Positions 18,498-29,212 of a DNA stretch of 64,000 nt are shown here, piece after piece (the stretch's first letter is position 1; each line of letters opens with the position of its first letter). Below the pieces are notes generated by a model, which was not told the DNA's origin, searched no databases, and saw only the letters and a list, made by a program, of their open reading frames with translations. The DNA lies in NCBI GenBank assembly GCA_048939995.1, contig JBHLOY010000002.1, positions 128,001 through 192,000 of the forward strand. Direction: 5' to 3'. A program made the position numbers and the translations under genes. The DNA is from Promethearchaeota archaeon. GTDB lineage: Archaea; Asgardarchaeota; Lokiarchaeia; Sigyniarchaeales; SOKP01.

Positions 18498-19802
18498 CTA
18501 ATTTTGATCCAATTTTTTCAGCTTTTTCTTTTTTAAGAAATCTCGAAACTCAAAATCACTTATCTTACCCAATTCTAGTGCTCCAGTACTTTCTAAATAA
18601 TCTTTAAAATCTCTCATGAGAGAGATGACTTCCTCTTGTTTAAAATTCCGTTTAAAAATGAAATTCTTTTTTTCTAAAATAAATTCAGAGTACCACCAAT
18701 AAAATATGAGAGTTATTAAAATGATTAAAAAATTATTTACAAGATTTATTTGGCTTTGACTAGTATAAGTACCTGCAATTGAGCCTGCTCCCATAATCAT
18801 TATTATCTGACCCTCAAAATATAAGATTGTAAATGTAAATAGAAAGAAAGGTAAATTATTTTGATTAAATATCTTGAATTTATATAGCTTATCTCCTAGA
18901 CCCTTTAAAACCATGAATGCTGTCAAAATCATTAATAAAATATCCATTATAACCCTAAAAATATCTAATCCAACTGGTATTGTAGTAGCACTTCGAAATG
19001 ACCAGATAAAACTAAACGATCTGTACCATAAATAAAACCAAATAAAAATATAAAATATAGAAGAAAACACATTAGGAGTTTCATTTCTGAAGCTTTTAAT
19101 AAATAAAATAATTAATCTATAAGAGGTTAAGGCTATAATAACATACATACAAATATTCCATCCATTAAACCATGGACTCTGAGGCTCAAAATAACTAATA
19201 AGACCGAAATAGGTTAGTATTTGGAGTAAGATTGGTAAAAACAAACCAACACCTAAGAAGCTATAACTAATAATTTTATTTCTATCTGAACTTATAGTAT
19301 TGCTGATGGCTTTTTCATTGACCTTGGTTGCAATATTTTCAAATATTCTTCTAATAAAGAATATCTGAATCAAATTCCACCCAAAATAGATAATTATGCA
19401 TAGAAAAGGAAGAATTATATCCCATCCTAAAAATTGGATAAAGAGTTGAGAAGAGGAGCCGTATTGGAAATAAGTTAAAATTAGGAATAAGCATATTACA
19501 AAAACAATTGTAAATATAACTAATTTCTTAATATTACTTTTTTTCTCTTTAGAAAATAAATGTCTTTCCAATTGAGGGAAGATTCCAACAATCATTAAAA
19601 CTGTATAAGAGAGAGCAAATGATATCGTTATATACAAAGCAACATTTCCTATACCTTCTCTTGGAAAAAGAATTAGAATAGTTATAATTAATAAGATTAT
19701 AAAAAATAAAATGGTATAAACTATGTGACTAAAACTGAAAAGTTTGTGAAATGAAGTTTTTAAGGATAATTTTTTCCATATAGAGTCTTTTTCTTCACTC
19801 AT
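18498..19802 (-). CDS. Polytopic membrane protein (about 10-11 TM), unknown function
   Basis: Hydrophobicity pattern. Confidence 0.7.
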   Translation of the reverse strand: MSEEKDSIWKKLSLKTSFHKLFSFSHIVYTILFFIILLIITILILFPREGIGNVALYITISFALSYTVLMIVGIFPQLERHLFSKEKKSNIKKLVIFTIVFVICLFLILTYFQYGSSSQLFIQFLGWDIILPFLCIIIYFGWNLIQIFFIRRIFENIATKVNEKAISNTISSDRNKIISYSFLGVGLFLPILLQILTYFGLISYFEPQSPWFNGWNICMYVIIALTSYRLIILFIKSFRNETPNVFSSIFYIFIWFYLWYRSFSFIWSFRSATTIPVGLDIFRVIMDILLMILTAFMVLKGLGDKLYKFKIFNQNNLPFFLFTFTILYFEGQIIMIMGAGSIAGTYTSQSQINLVNNFLIILITLIFYWWYSEFILEKKNFIFKRNFKQEEVISLMRDFKDYLESTGALELGKISDFEFRDFLKKKKLKKLDQN

Positions 19803-20025
19803 TAATTCATCAATGAGATTTTATTCTTCTAAATTTTCTTACTATAAATTTTAATTACAAACATATATAACCTTTATGAGTCAAATAGGCTGTACTATTA
19901 ATAAGAATGTGAACACACAAAGCATCTCATAATTTTCCGACTCTAAAATCACTATGGTTAAATCCAAAAATGAGAAAACTTCCTCTCCCTTTTTAATTAT
20001 AAATTGTTAGCTTTTTTAAATCCAT

Positions 20026-20496
20026 ATGGAAAAACCCCTCTCATATTTTGATTGGGAATTACGATTGAGAAGTGACCTTGAACCCAAAAATTCTCAAATT
20101 TTATCTCAAGAGGATATGCTACTTAAACATGATTTTAATAACTTAATTAAATGCTTCTCAAAAAAAGAAAGCCTATTTAAAAGCGGAGGGATAATATCTT
20201 CCCAATTTAATTTTATCAATATGAATTTAGAAAACGGATTAATCAATTGCAGGATTCAAGATCAATCATCTGAAGAGTTTAAGCTTGAAATTAATAAAAA
20301 GAAAAGATTTATTCATCACCAATGCCAGGAGTTTCTTTCCTTGAATAAATTTAAAAAGCAGTTTTGCTCTCATTTGATTAGGCTTTTCTTTATATTGAGA
20401 GAAGTTGATATGAAGGGCACAAATGAATTATTAAAGCATATCTCCTCCCATGATTATGACTTCTTTCCTAAAATTAGAAAAAAGAAAAGAAACTGA
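20026..20496 (+). CDS. SWIM-like Zn-finger protein
   Basis: HHQCQEF...FCSHL (HxC...CxH). Confidence 0.55.
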   Translation: MEKPLSYFDWELRLRSDLEPKNSQILSQEDMLLKHDFNNLIKCFSKKESLFKSGGIISSQFNFINMNLENGLINCRIQDQSSEEFKLEINKKKRFIHHQCQEFLSLNKFKKQFCSHLIRLFFILREVDMKGTNELLKHISSHDYDFFPKIRKKKRN

Positions 20497-20656
20497 ATTT
20501 TTATAAATTTTTGTTTCCAAGGACTTTAAATATTCATTATATAATCTTCTATTGATCACAAATTTTCCAACTTCTACTCATTGGATGCTTTATTTTTTGG
20601 AAATATGTATCTTACATATTTCCTCCCACTTTTCTCAAGGATAATAAAAGATTAGA

Positions 20657-21589
20657 TTAAATTTTATTTCTTAAAAACATCATTAATGATTTTTGAGCAT
20701 GAAGTCTATTTTCAGCCTCATCATAAACAATTGAGTGAGGACCATCAATAACTTCCGCTGTTTGTTCATAGCCTCGCTTAGCTGGTAAGCAATTCATAAA
20801 AATAACATCATTTTTAGCAGATTCTAAAACCTTTAAGTTTACTTGAAAAGGCATGAAGGCTTTTTTCCTTTCTTCCTCCTTTTCAATCGGTATACCATAG
20901 CTCATCCAAGAGTCTGTATATATTATATCTGAACCTTCTGCTGCTTTAAATGCATCGTGTATTATATTAATTTCTGCACCAGTTCGATTGGATAATTCTT
21001 TAACTTCATCTAAAACAATTTGTTCTGGATTATATTCATTTCCAGTTGGACAGGCGACGTCCATTCTCAACCCATATATTGCACAGATTCGCATTAAGTC
21101 ATAAGTTACATTATTATGGGCATCTCCAAAATAAGCCATTTTTAAATTCGATAATCGTCCTTTTTTCTCCTTAATTGTCATAAAATCCGCTAAAATTTGG
21201 CAAGGATGAGCAAAATCATCTAGCATATTAATAACTGGAACTTCTGAATATTTTGCTAGATCCCAGATGTCTCGTCTCTTGTAAACTCGAGCAGCGATTA
21301 GATTTACATAACGTGATGCCACTCTAGCCGTATCCTGTATATTCTCTTTCTTACCAAGTGGTGAATCTGTTATTGAATAAAAAATTGCATGACCTCCTAA
21401 TTGTTGCATCCCTGTTTCAAAAGATATTCGCGTCCTCAAAGAAGGCTTTTCGAAGAGCATCAATAATGTTTCCCTTTTTAAAATGGCATGATACTTTTCA
21501 GGATTTTTCTTAATCTGAATTGCTTCATTAATTACTTTCTCACATTCTTCCTTTGAAAAATCAGATATTTTGGTTAAATGCCTAACCAT
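20657..21589 (-). CDS. argF: Ornithine carbamoyltransferase (catabolic, Giardia/Trichomonas-like type)
   Basis: KPSLRTR, HPCQ, NNVTYDLM, DSWMSY, FMNCLPA, EAENRLH. Confidence 0.92.
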   Translation of the reverse strand: MVRHLTKISDFSKEECEKVINEAIQIKKNPEKYHAILKRETLLMLFEKPSLRTRISFETGMQQLGGHAIFYSITDSPLGKKENIQDTARVASRYVNLIAARVYKRRDIWDLAKYSEVPVINMLDDFAHPCQILADFMTIKEKKGRLSNLKMAYFGDAHNNVTYDLMRICAIYGLRMDVACPTGNEYNPEQIVLDEVKELSNRTGAEINIIHDAFKAAEGSDIIYTDSWMSYGIPIEKEEERKKAFMPFQVNLKVLESAKNDVIFMNCLPAKRGYEQTAEVIDGPHSIVYDEAENRLHAQKSLMMFLRNKI

Positions 21590-21653
21590 TTATCTCACAC
21601 TTTTTTAAGTTTACCTTAAATTAATTCTTATAATAAACTGAAAAATAAAAAAT

Positions 21654-22817
21654 TTATTTTAACTCTTCTTCTTGACAATACTCACGAAAGCATGATAAAT
21701 CTAAAAGAATCTCCTTATCTTTAGAGTTCAAATTTTTAGTCAAAATTCTGCTTATTAATTCGCCAAGTCCAGGTCCAAGCATAAAACCTTGACCACACAT
21801 ACCAACAGCATTGATAAAACCCTCGATTTTATCAACTTCTCCTAAAATCGGATTGCCATCAGGTGTCATTGGGTATAATCCCCTCCATGTGCGCCTTACT
21901 TTAACATTTTTCAAACGAGGTATTAAATTAACCATGCGTTTCGTAATTTGAGGTAAAAATAAACTAGTTTCTTTTCTATCAACTCCCGGAATGTTTGGTT
22001 TAGGGGTTAAACAGAAAATTATTTTTCCTTCTTTATTTTGGTAAAAATAATAATTTTTAGAATCGCCAAAAATTGGATCCTTTGCTGGCTGAATGTCAAC
22101 TATCATTGTAGAGAAAAAATGTTTAACTGGTTCTGTAATTCCGGCTTCATGAGATTCGGGAATTATAGGTAGATCAAGTCCTACCATCTTCCCAATCTCA
22201 TTTGCATACGCTCCAGCAGCATTAACCACATTCTGAGTTTTATAGGAGCCTCTTGTTGTTTTAACTTCAGTTAAATCACCACCATTATTTATAACATTGG
22301 TTACACTTTCATTAAATCTATATTTTGCTCCATTGTTCTTTGAATGACGATATAAGGCGTGCAGAGCTAATAATGGTGAAGCATTCCCATCCTCCGGACT
22401 ATGAGTGCCTCCATATAACCGCTCATCATTAATCCCAGGTATTATTTCTTTAATTTTTTCGGGTCCTAGATAATCGATATTAAGACCATAGCTTTTTTGT
22501 TGTTCTACAGTGCTTTTGAGTAGTTCTTCATCTTTTTCTGTAAAAGCAAGAAATGTATAACCACCTTGATTCCACCAAATGTCATCACCATACTTCTCTT
22601 CCCATGTTGAAAAGATTTCAATGGACCTTTGACAAAGCCTGATTTTACTTCTTTGAGAATGAGTAGCTCTTATACCTCCAATTGCATGTTTATTATCTGC
22701 TTGAGCTACAGAAGGTAACGAATCTATAACTAAGGTTCTTAGTCCGTCTCTAGACGTCGCTAAAGCTGTAGGAACTCCAACGCTTCCAGCACCAATAATT
22801 ATAACATCATATTCCAT
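21654..22817 (-). CDS. FAD-dependent amine dehydrogenase beta subunit (sarcosine oxidase / dye-linked proline dehydrogenase family)
   Basis: IIGAGSVG, VVNAAGAYA, WRGLYPMTPDGNPILG, GMCGQGFMLGP. Confidence 0.85.
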   Translation of the reverse strand: MEYDVIIIGAGSVGVPTALATSRDGLRTLVIDSLPSVAQADNKHAIGGIRATHSQRSKIRLCQRSIEIFSTWEEKYGDDIWWNQGGYTFLAFTEKDEELLKSTVEQQKSYGLNIDYLGPEKIKEIIPGINDERLYGGTHSPEDGNASPLLALHALYRHSKNNGAKYRFNESVTNVINNGGDLTEVKTTRGSYKTQNVVNAAGAYANEIGKMVGLDLPIIPESHEAGITEPVKHFFSTMIVDIQPAKDPIFGDSKNYYFYQNKEGKIIFCLTPKPNIPGVDRKETSLFLPQITKRMVNLIPRLKNVKVRRTWRGLYPMTPDGNPILGEVDKIEGFINAVGMCGQGFMLGPGLGELISRILTKNLNSKDKEILLDLSCFREYCQEEELK

Positions 22818-22822
22818 TGTAA

Positions 22823-24904
22823 TTAATACTCTCTCTTGTTTTGAACATTAGCAAAAATCCCCATGGGAACTTCTATAAAGATAGGTCGTTTATTTCCTGC
22901 AGTAATTTCTTCAGGAGGAATTCCTTCTTCCCGAAATATTTGCTCAATTAAAGGAGTGCATGTTTTTGCTCCACAAGCTCCCATCCCTGCTTTAGTAAGT
23001 GCTTTTAATTCATTAAAATCACGAACCCCTGAGCGAATCCACTTTCTTATTTCTCCAACAGAAACCCGTTCACATCTACATACAATTGTTTCATCATCAG
23101 TAAATGATGGATGATATGACTCAATCGGTTCATAATACGTACTTTTTAATAATTTAATAGCTACAACTTGTTTAGCAATATCTGAAGGGAGTCTAACAGT
23201 TATCAATTGAGTTTTGGGGAATTCTGGTAATATCCTCGTTCGATGAACTTCAAATTCTCCTAATTCCATCTCATTACTCACAGCGATTACTTTCTCTCCT
23301 TTCTGTAACCTCTTGTTTGTAAGCTCGAGCGGAAGTGTAACCAATGGATATTCTTTATTTTTTCTATAATCCAATAGAACAACTGCTAATCCTGGGCAGA
23401 CAGCAACGCATTTACCACAACCAAGGCATTCTTTTTCACCTTTAAAATATGGTAGTTGAGTAATCAAATCGTCAACTGTTTCAATTTGTTCCTGATCACA
23501 TACAGAAGTACAAGGATTACACGGAATTTCTTGATTACAATAAAAAACGGGATATATTCCTTCTTCTTTAAATTCAATATTTGTTTGGACAGGCAAGGGT
23601 GGCTTTTTTTTCATGATTTCCGCAGTATTTAGCAGATCTTTAATGTTTTCGGAGAAATTTATTCCAATTTCTTCTAAAATCTTTATAGCTTCAATCTTCC
23701 CAGTAAAAATCGCTACAGATGCTTCGGCAATTTCTTGAGCATCTCCAGCAACCCAAACTTTAAATCCAAAGTCATTAGCTTTTTGATAAAATTCATCTAC
23801 AGAATTTAAGCCGACAGCAATTAAAATTGTATCACATTCAAAAGTTTTTTCAGTTCCAGGAATTATATTGAATTCTTTGTCAACTTGACTAATTGTAACA
23901 GAATTTACTTCTTTTTCACCATTAGCAGATAACACAGTATGACTAGTATAAATCGGGACCCCTAAACGCCTAAGTTTATCTTCATGGACTTTATACCCAC
24001 CACAATAGGGTAAAGCTTCAATCAAACCTGCAACTTCTATACCTGCTTGAATAGCATGATAACCAGCAATTAATCCAACGTTTCCGCCTCCTATAATAAA
24101 TACTTTCTCAGCAGCTTTGACTAGATCTCGATTAACTAATGTTTGAAAAGCACCGGCACCATATACTCCTGGAAGAGTGTTTCCAGGGAATACCAACATT
24201 TTTTCTCTCGCTCCTGTAGCAATAAGCAAATATTTAGGTTTGATTAAAACATAATTGTTATTATCTTTAAGGATACCAACAAATCCATCACTAAAAACCG
24301 CGAGACATATACTATTAAGCCATATTTTTATATTAGGCAATGATTTTATAATGTTCCCAAGAATTTTTGCAATCTCAATACCACGTTTACCCGCATATAC
24401 ATCTTCTTGAGATCCAAAAAATTTATGAGTTTGAAGAACTAATTTACCTCCCAGATGATGCTTATCGTCTACAAGAATTACATTAACATTATTTTCTCCT
24501 AATATTTTCGCAGCAGATAATCCCGCTGGGCCAGCTCCAATGATTAAAACTTCAATCTCAATCATTTTTGCATTTCCCACATTTAATAGGGTGTCATCAG
24601 CTGGTAATTCTGGTAATCCATTACAACTCTCTATTATCATTCCCTCTTTTAAAGGAGTCATACACGCTTTAACAGGTATATTATTGACTATTACATTACA
24701 TTGAGAACATTGCCCATTACTACAAAATATTCCTTGGGGGCTTTTGTCTTTAACGTGATGACCAAAAACTTTAATTTTATTTAAAAATAGAGCAGAAGAT
24801 ATAACCATACCATCAAATCCCGTTAACTCCTTTCCATCAAATCTAAATGTAATCTTTTTTTTTTTAGGAATTTCTAAGATGGGATGTGAGGTTATATTAT
24901 CCAT
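22823..24904 (-). CDS. Fused alpha-type subunit: 2Fe-2S + FAD/NAD oxidoreductase + 4Fe-4S dicluster + BFD-like 2Fe-2S
   Basis: FCSNGQCSQC; IGAGPAG; IATGARE; CNPCTSVC and CLGCGKCVAVCP; VCRCE...GMGACGAKTC. Confidence 0.85.
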   Translation of the reverse strand: MDNITSHPILEIPKKKKITFRFDGKELTGFDGMVISSALFLNKIKVFGHHVKDKSPQGIFCSNGQCSQCNVIVNNIPVKACMTPLKEGMIIESCNGLPELPADDTLLNVGNAKMIEIEVLIIGAGPAGLSAAKILGENNVNVILVDDKHHLGGKLVLQTHKFFGSQEDVYAGKRGIEIAKILGNIIKSLPNIKIWLNSICLAVFSDGFVGILKDNNNYVLIKPKYLLIATGAREKMLVFPGNTLPGVYGAGAFQTLVNRDLVKAAEKVFIIGGGNVGLIAGYHAIQAGIEVAGLIEALPYCGGYKVHEDKLRRLGVPIYTSHTVLSANGEKEVNSVTISQVDKEFNIIPGTEKTFECDTILIAVGLNSVDEFYQKANDFGFKVWVAGDAQEIAEASVAIFTGKIEAIKILEEIGINFSENIKDLLNTAEIMKKKPPLPVQTNIEFKEEGIYPVFYCNQEIPCNPCTSVCDQEQIETVDDLITQLPYFKGEKECLGCGKCVAVCPGLAVVLLDYRKNKEYPLVTLPLELTNKRLQKGEKVIAVSNEMELGEFEVHRTRILPEFPKTQLITVRLPSDIAKQVVAIKLLKSTYYEPIESYHPSFTDDETIVCRCERVSVGEIRKWIRSGVRDFNELKALTKAGMGACGAKTCTPLIEQIFREEGIPPEEITAGNKRPIFIEVPMGIFANVQNKREY

Positions 24905-24940
24905 TAGTACTCATAATTTGATTTTTGTCATTAAATAAGT

Positions 24941-27121
24941 TTATTGATATGGTTTAATATACTTTAAAACATCCTCAAGATCAATACCTAATTCTCTTAC
25001 TTTTTTGACAGTTGGACAACCATTTTCATTCCAACCCCTTTCTTTATATACAGCATCTTGTAGTTTTCGATACTGCTCTTCTCTATGATTTCGTAAAATC
25101 TTAATCTTTTCTTCAGTTGATTTGTTTTCAATCTTAATTCCAATATCCTTTAATTGCATATCATATCGATCTTGACGACTTTCATATTCAGGTGGAGTCA
25201 CTGGACCCATAGCTCTATATGGAAGGTTCGAATCATTTTCTCGGAGACCTTTTCCTTGTCTAATATTAAATATGCGTTGAAAATTGTAGACTCTTTCAGA
25301 CATTCTAATTAGGTCATTCGGAGTAGATTTTCGTCCTGTAACTGCAGAGAAATATTGAGCATACCATTTCACATGATCAGGGACTTTCGCCCGGATTAGC
25401 TCACCTGTTTTAGAATCCTTAATAGGATAATCCGCTTGACTTTCTGGTTGAATATCATTCCAAGGTAACTTACAGAGTCCGCATAAGCTAAACCAAGTAC
25501 GCCACAAGGGAAACCACCACAATGCTTTTGCTTTATCCTCAAATGTAGGTATTGATTGCCTAATAACATCCTCAAAAATTAACCATGCTTCGTCATGTTG
25601 AGGCCCCTTATTCGTAAGACCATATCCCCCTTGCTGTGAAAGAGATTCTTTAGTTACATATTCAGAAAATTCCAAACCTTTATGTTCCATTCCTATGTCT
25701 TGGACAAATTGAGGATCTGCCCCATATTGTTCTACAAATAATTTTTTCATATTTTTTATCCCTTGACCAACAATTACTCCAAAACCTTCTCCTTTTGCCA
25801 TTTGATGAATTAACTCAACTGCTTGTTCAGCGTTACCAAAACTAAGATCTAATCCTCCTGTAATATTATTATTTAATATACCAGCCTCAAAACATTCCAT
25901 TATAAAAGCAATTCCGGTTCCTAACGAAATCGTGTCCAAACCGTATGTATCGCAATAGAAGCAAGTTTCTAATACCCATTTAGGATCCCAAACGCCCCAA
26001 TTAGAACCCACCCCTGCAATAGTTTCGTATTCAGGACCATCTACAATCACTTTTTGTCCTTTAAATGGGCCAGTCATTACTTCATAATCTTCGGAATAAT
26101 GTGAACAACTTACAGTACATCCAATCCAGCAACCATCAGCACCTTCTTTTCCAGAATATATCTTTCTCCATACTTCTCGAGCAAAAGGAATATCTTTTCC
26201 AGATATTTCCTTATGAGCACCATACCTAAAATTTTCAGTAGGTAATAGATCGGCAGCATTCATGAGATCAGGCAAATGACCTGTCCCTACTCTTCGCATT
26301 TCATTTTGTTTAGGGTCAAGCTTAATTACTTCTTGTGTATGCATTATTCCAGTTTTCTTTGCAGTTTCTAAATCTGCTGGATTATTAGACCCAACAACCG
26401 CCTTTGGAGATCGGCATACTAATGCTTTAATATTTTTATCTGCAAAAACAGTACCTATACCACCTCTTCCAGCTTGTTTATACGATGCCCAATTTCTTCC
26501 TTTAACATACCAAGAAAAATTTAACATACCCCATTTTGTATAGTGCGCTGCAGGTCCAGTACTCACTACTGAAACTCTTTGTTTTTCATTTGGGTCATCA
26601 GCATACTTCTCAGTAAGTTGTTGGGTTAATTCATGAGAAAAATCTGATAAATTATCTTTATCCTCAACTGATTCAATTTGAATTAGGTGATTTATTCCAT
26701 CAATGAATATAATTACTTCTTTTTCGGCTTTACCTTGAATTTCAATGGCATCAAAGCCAGAAAACTTAAGATAAGGACCAAAATAGCCCCCTACATTCGA
26801 ATCAATAATAATGTCGGTCAAGGGGGATATTGTTGTAACTATTGATTTTCCTGAACCTGGGTAAAATATGCTTCCTCCTAAAGGTCCCGAACAAATACAA
26901 ATTTCATTTTCAGGATCATTCCATTTTATAATCTTATCTTTTGGTAAGCCATCCCACATTAAATATAAGTCAAACCCCTTGCCTCCAATGAATTTTTCTT
27001 TCATCTCATTAGATACAGGCTTAATAAGAATTTCTTTTCTGGTTAAATCAATAAATAATGTTTGATTAGCATACCCTTTTTGAACCTTATCAAATTGGTA
27101 TTGCATACTTTTTAAAATCAT
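24941..27121 (-). CDS. aor: W/Mo aldehyde:ferredoxin oxidoreductase family protein
   Basis: SNVGGYFG, GFDAI, AGRGGIG, GPEYET, CDTYGLDTIS, CGLCK. Confidence 0.9.
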   Translation of the reverse strand: MILKSMQYQFDKVQKGYANQTLFIDLTRKEILIKPVSNEMKEKFIGGKGFDLYLMWDGLPKDKIIKWNDPENEICICSGPLGGSIFYPGSGKSIVTTISPLTDIIIDSNVGGYFGPYLKFSGFDAIEIQGKAEKEVIIFIDGINHLIQIESVEDKDNLSDFSHELTQQLTEKYADDPNEKQRVSVVSTGPAAHYTKWGMLNFSWYVKGRNWASYKQAGRGGIGTVFADKNIKALVCRSPKAVVGSNNPADLETAKKTGIMHTQEVIKLDPKQNEMRRVGTGHLPDLMNAADLLPTENFRYGAHKEISGKDIPFAREVWRKIYSGKEGADGCWIGCTVSCSHYSEDYEVMTGPFKGQKVIVDGPEYETIAGVGSNWGVWDPKWVLETCFYCDTYGLDTISLGTGIAFIMECFEAGILNNNITGGLDLSFGNAEQAVELIHQMAKGEGFGVIVGQGIKNMKKLFVEQYGADPQFVQDIGMEHKGLEFSEYVTKESLSQQGGYGLTNKGPQHDEAWLIFEDVIRQSIPTFEDKAKALWWFPLWRTWFSLCGLCKLPWNDIQPESQADYPIKDSKTGELIRAKVPDHVKWYAQYFSAVTGRKSTPNDLIRMSERVYNFQRIFNIRQGKGLRENDSNLPYRAMGPVTPPEYESRQDRYDMQLKDIGIKIENKSTEEKIKILRNHREEQYRKLQDAVYKERGWNENGCPTVKKVRELGIDLEDVLKYIKPYQ

Positions 27122-27188
27122 CTAAAATCACTTATTGTAAGGTTAATTAATCATGAAGTAAAATGATTTCAATCCTTATGCTAAAAGA

Positions 27189-28529
27189 TCATTTTTTTAA
27201 ATATTTTTCAGTAAAATCATCTAACACACTTTCAATTGTAGGCTCTTTAACTGGTTCTATGTCGTATGAGACTTTTACTATTGGTTTATTGGTTTTAATT
27301 AGTTTTGTTAGATCTATTGGACTTCCATTTAGGATTATATCACATTTAACTTTATTGAGAGTTTTTTCTAAATCATCTATTTGTTGATCTGTGTAACCCA
27401 TTGCCGGCACTACTTCAGTTATTTGAGGAAATTCCTCGAAAACATCCCTTATAGAACCTACCAAATAAGGTCTAGGATCAACAATTTTAGCGTTAGCATT
27501 CATAGCTGCAACATAAGCAGCTCCAATTGACATCCCGCCATGTGTAAGTGTGGGACCGTCCTCTACGATTGCAGCTTTCTTTCCTTTCAATTTTAGAGGA
27601 TCCTCTGCTTTTACAACTGAATTAGTATATACTCTTATGGCGCTTGGATTCAGTTCTTGCAGATTTTTTTCAACAATTTTTACATCTTCTGGTCGAGCAC
27701 TATTCATTTTATTGATAACGAAAACATCAGCATACTTGGCATTAACTTCTCCTGGATGATATTTATTTTCATGACCAGGTCTTAAGGGATCTACAACAAC
27801 AAATAATAAGTCAGTTACATAGAAAGAAATCTCATTATTTCCTCCATCAAATATTATTACATCTGCTTCTTGTTCCGCTTCACGGATAATTTTTTCATAA
27901 TCAACACCCGAATAAATGACTAAACCTTGTCTGATATATGGTTCGTATTCTTCGCGCTCTTCAATTGTACAATCGTACTTATCTAAGTCCTCATACTTTT
28001 CAAATCTCATTACATTTTGTTGGACTAAATCCCCATAAGGCATTGGTTCCCTTATCGCTACGACCTTATAACCTTTTGCTTTAAGATAACGATACACGGC
28101 TCTCGATACTTGACTTTTTCCACAACCTGTTCTAACTGCACATACGGCTATCAAAGGTTTATTAGCTTTTATTTGTGTAAAACGTCCTGAAATTAATCGA
28201 TAATTTGCACCAGCTGCTAGAGCTCTCGAAGCCTTATGCATTACTTCTTCGTGGGAAACATCTGAATAAGCAAAAACAACTTCATCAACCTTATATTTTT
28301 TAATTAGGGTCTCTAAATCTTCTTCAGAGACCATTGGAATTCCATTAGGATACAATTTCCCCGCCAATTGGGAAGGGAATTTTCTTTCTGCCTGATCCGT
28401 TGTTCCGACATTTTGCTCTCCAGCTATAGTAAATGCTATAACATCATACTGTTCGTTGTCTCTAAATATTCGGTTAAATACATGGAAATCCATCCCAAGT
28501 GCGCCTATAATGATAACCTTCTTTTTCAT
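27189..28529 (-). CDS. arcE: Arginine-synthetase (ArcE)-like / cDPGS-family P-loop protein
   Basis: G..G.DFH.FN N-terminus, AVRTGCGKS P-loop, PMPYGDL, CTIEEREEYEP, DGGNN, EDGPTLTHGGM, PAMGY; in an operon with OTC. Confidence 0.7.
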   Translation of the reverse strand: MKKKVIIIGALGMDFHVFNRIFRDNEQYDVIAFTIAGEQNVGTTDQAERKFPSQLAGKLYPNGIPMVSEEDLETLIKKYKVDEVVFAYSDVSHEEVMHKASRALAAGANYRLISGRFTQIKANKPLIAVCAVRTGCGKSQVSRAVYRYLKAKGYKVVAIREPMPYGDLVQQNVMRFEKYEDLDKYDCTIEEREEYEPYIRQGLVIYSGVDYEKIIREAEQEADVIIFDGGNNEISFYVTDLLFVVVDPLRPGHENKYHPGEVNAKYADVFVINKMNSARPEDVKIVEKNLQELNPSAIRVYTNSVVKAEDPLKLKGKKAAIVEDGPTLTHGGMSIGAAYVAAMNANAKIVDPRPYLVGSIRDVFEEFPQITEVVPAMGYTDQQIDDLEKTLNKVKCDIILNGSPIDLTKLIKTNKPIVKVSYDIEPVKEPTIESVLDDFTEKYLKK

Positions 28530-28714
28530 GTAAAGCGACCCATAAATCTTAATCTTTGATTGATCATCATATTTAATTTGGGACTTGTTATTAAGATTAT
28601 TAATTCAATAAAGGGAATGATAACCCACCTTTAAATAAGAGTAAAAGTAAAACAGAAACACACAATTTTATTTGATTAAAGATAAGATTATTTTTGTAGT
28701 TTAAGAAATAAATT

Positions 28715-29047
28715 CTAATTTTTCAATTTCATGATTTCTGCTTCTTTTTCTTTACTTAGTTCTTTTAGTCTTTGCTTTAATAATTTCTTTTTATTCTTAG
28801 TTAAAATTGAAATCTCTTTTTTAAATATTTTTAATATATATTTCAATTCAGAGATTCTTCCCTTTAAATTTCTTTTTTCTTTTTTAACATTCCCCATATC
28901 TCGATAATCTTTTTCATATTTTGAATAAATATCGTTGAGTACTGAATCAAATTCTATTGAAATTTTTTCTTGAATTTCAGCTTCCTTTAGCTTATATTCT
29001 TTTTCTATTTCATCAATTTTTTTCTTAATTTCAACCTCATTTGTCAT
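28715..29047 (-). CDS. Coiled-coil hypothetical protein
   Basis: K/E-rich heptads; GAGG SD. Confidence 0.55.
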   Translation of the reverse strand: MTNEVEIKKKIDEIEKEYKLKEAEIQEKISIEFDSVLNDIYSKYEKDYRDMGNVKKEKRNLKGRISELKYILKIFKKEISILTKNKKKLLKQRLKELSKEKEAEIMKLKN

Positions 29048-29212
29048 AATATTTTCCTCAATACATTATAATAAAAGTTTAATGCTTTATTTTTTAAAAA
29101 ATCTTAAATTTTAAATTGGTATAACTTAAAATCCCTGATAATCCAAAAGTTATAAAAATACGATTAAGAATAGATATATTAACAATTTTATAATTAATGA
29201 AGGCTAGAAACA

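Noticed and set aside
1-18500. Island as provirus, plasmid or ICE
   Set aside because: No integrase, transposase, capsid, terminase, primase, att repeats or tRNA seen; the left boundary may lie outside the window, so this is not fully excluded.
27189-28529. Annotation as cyclic 2,3-diphosphoglycerate synthetase
   Set aside because: N-terminal DFHxFN and EEREEYE motifs plus OTC linkage fit the ArcE-like branch better; no 2-phosphoglycerate kinase nearby.
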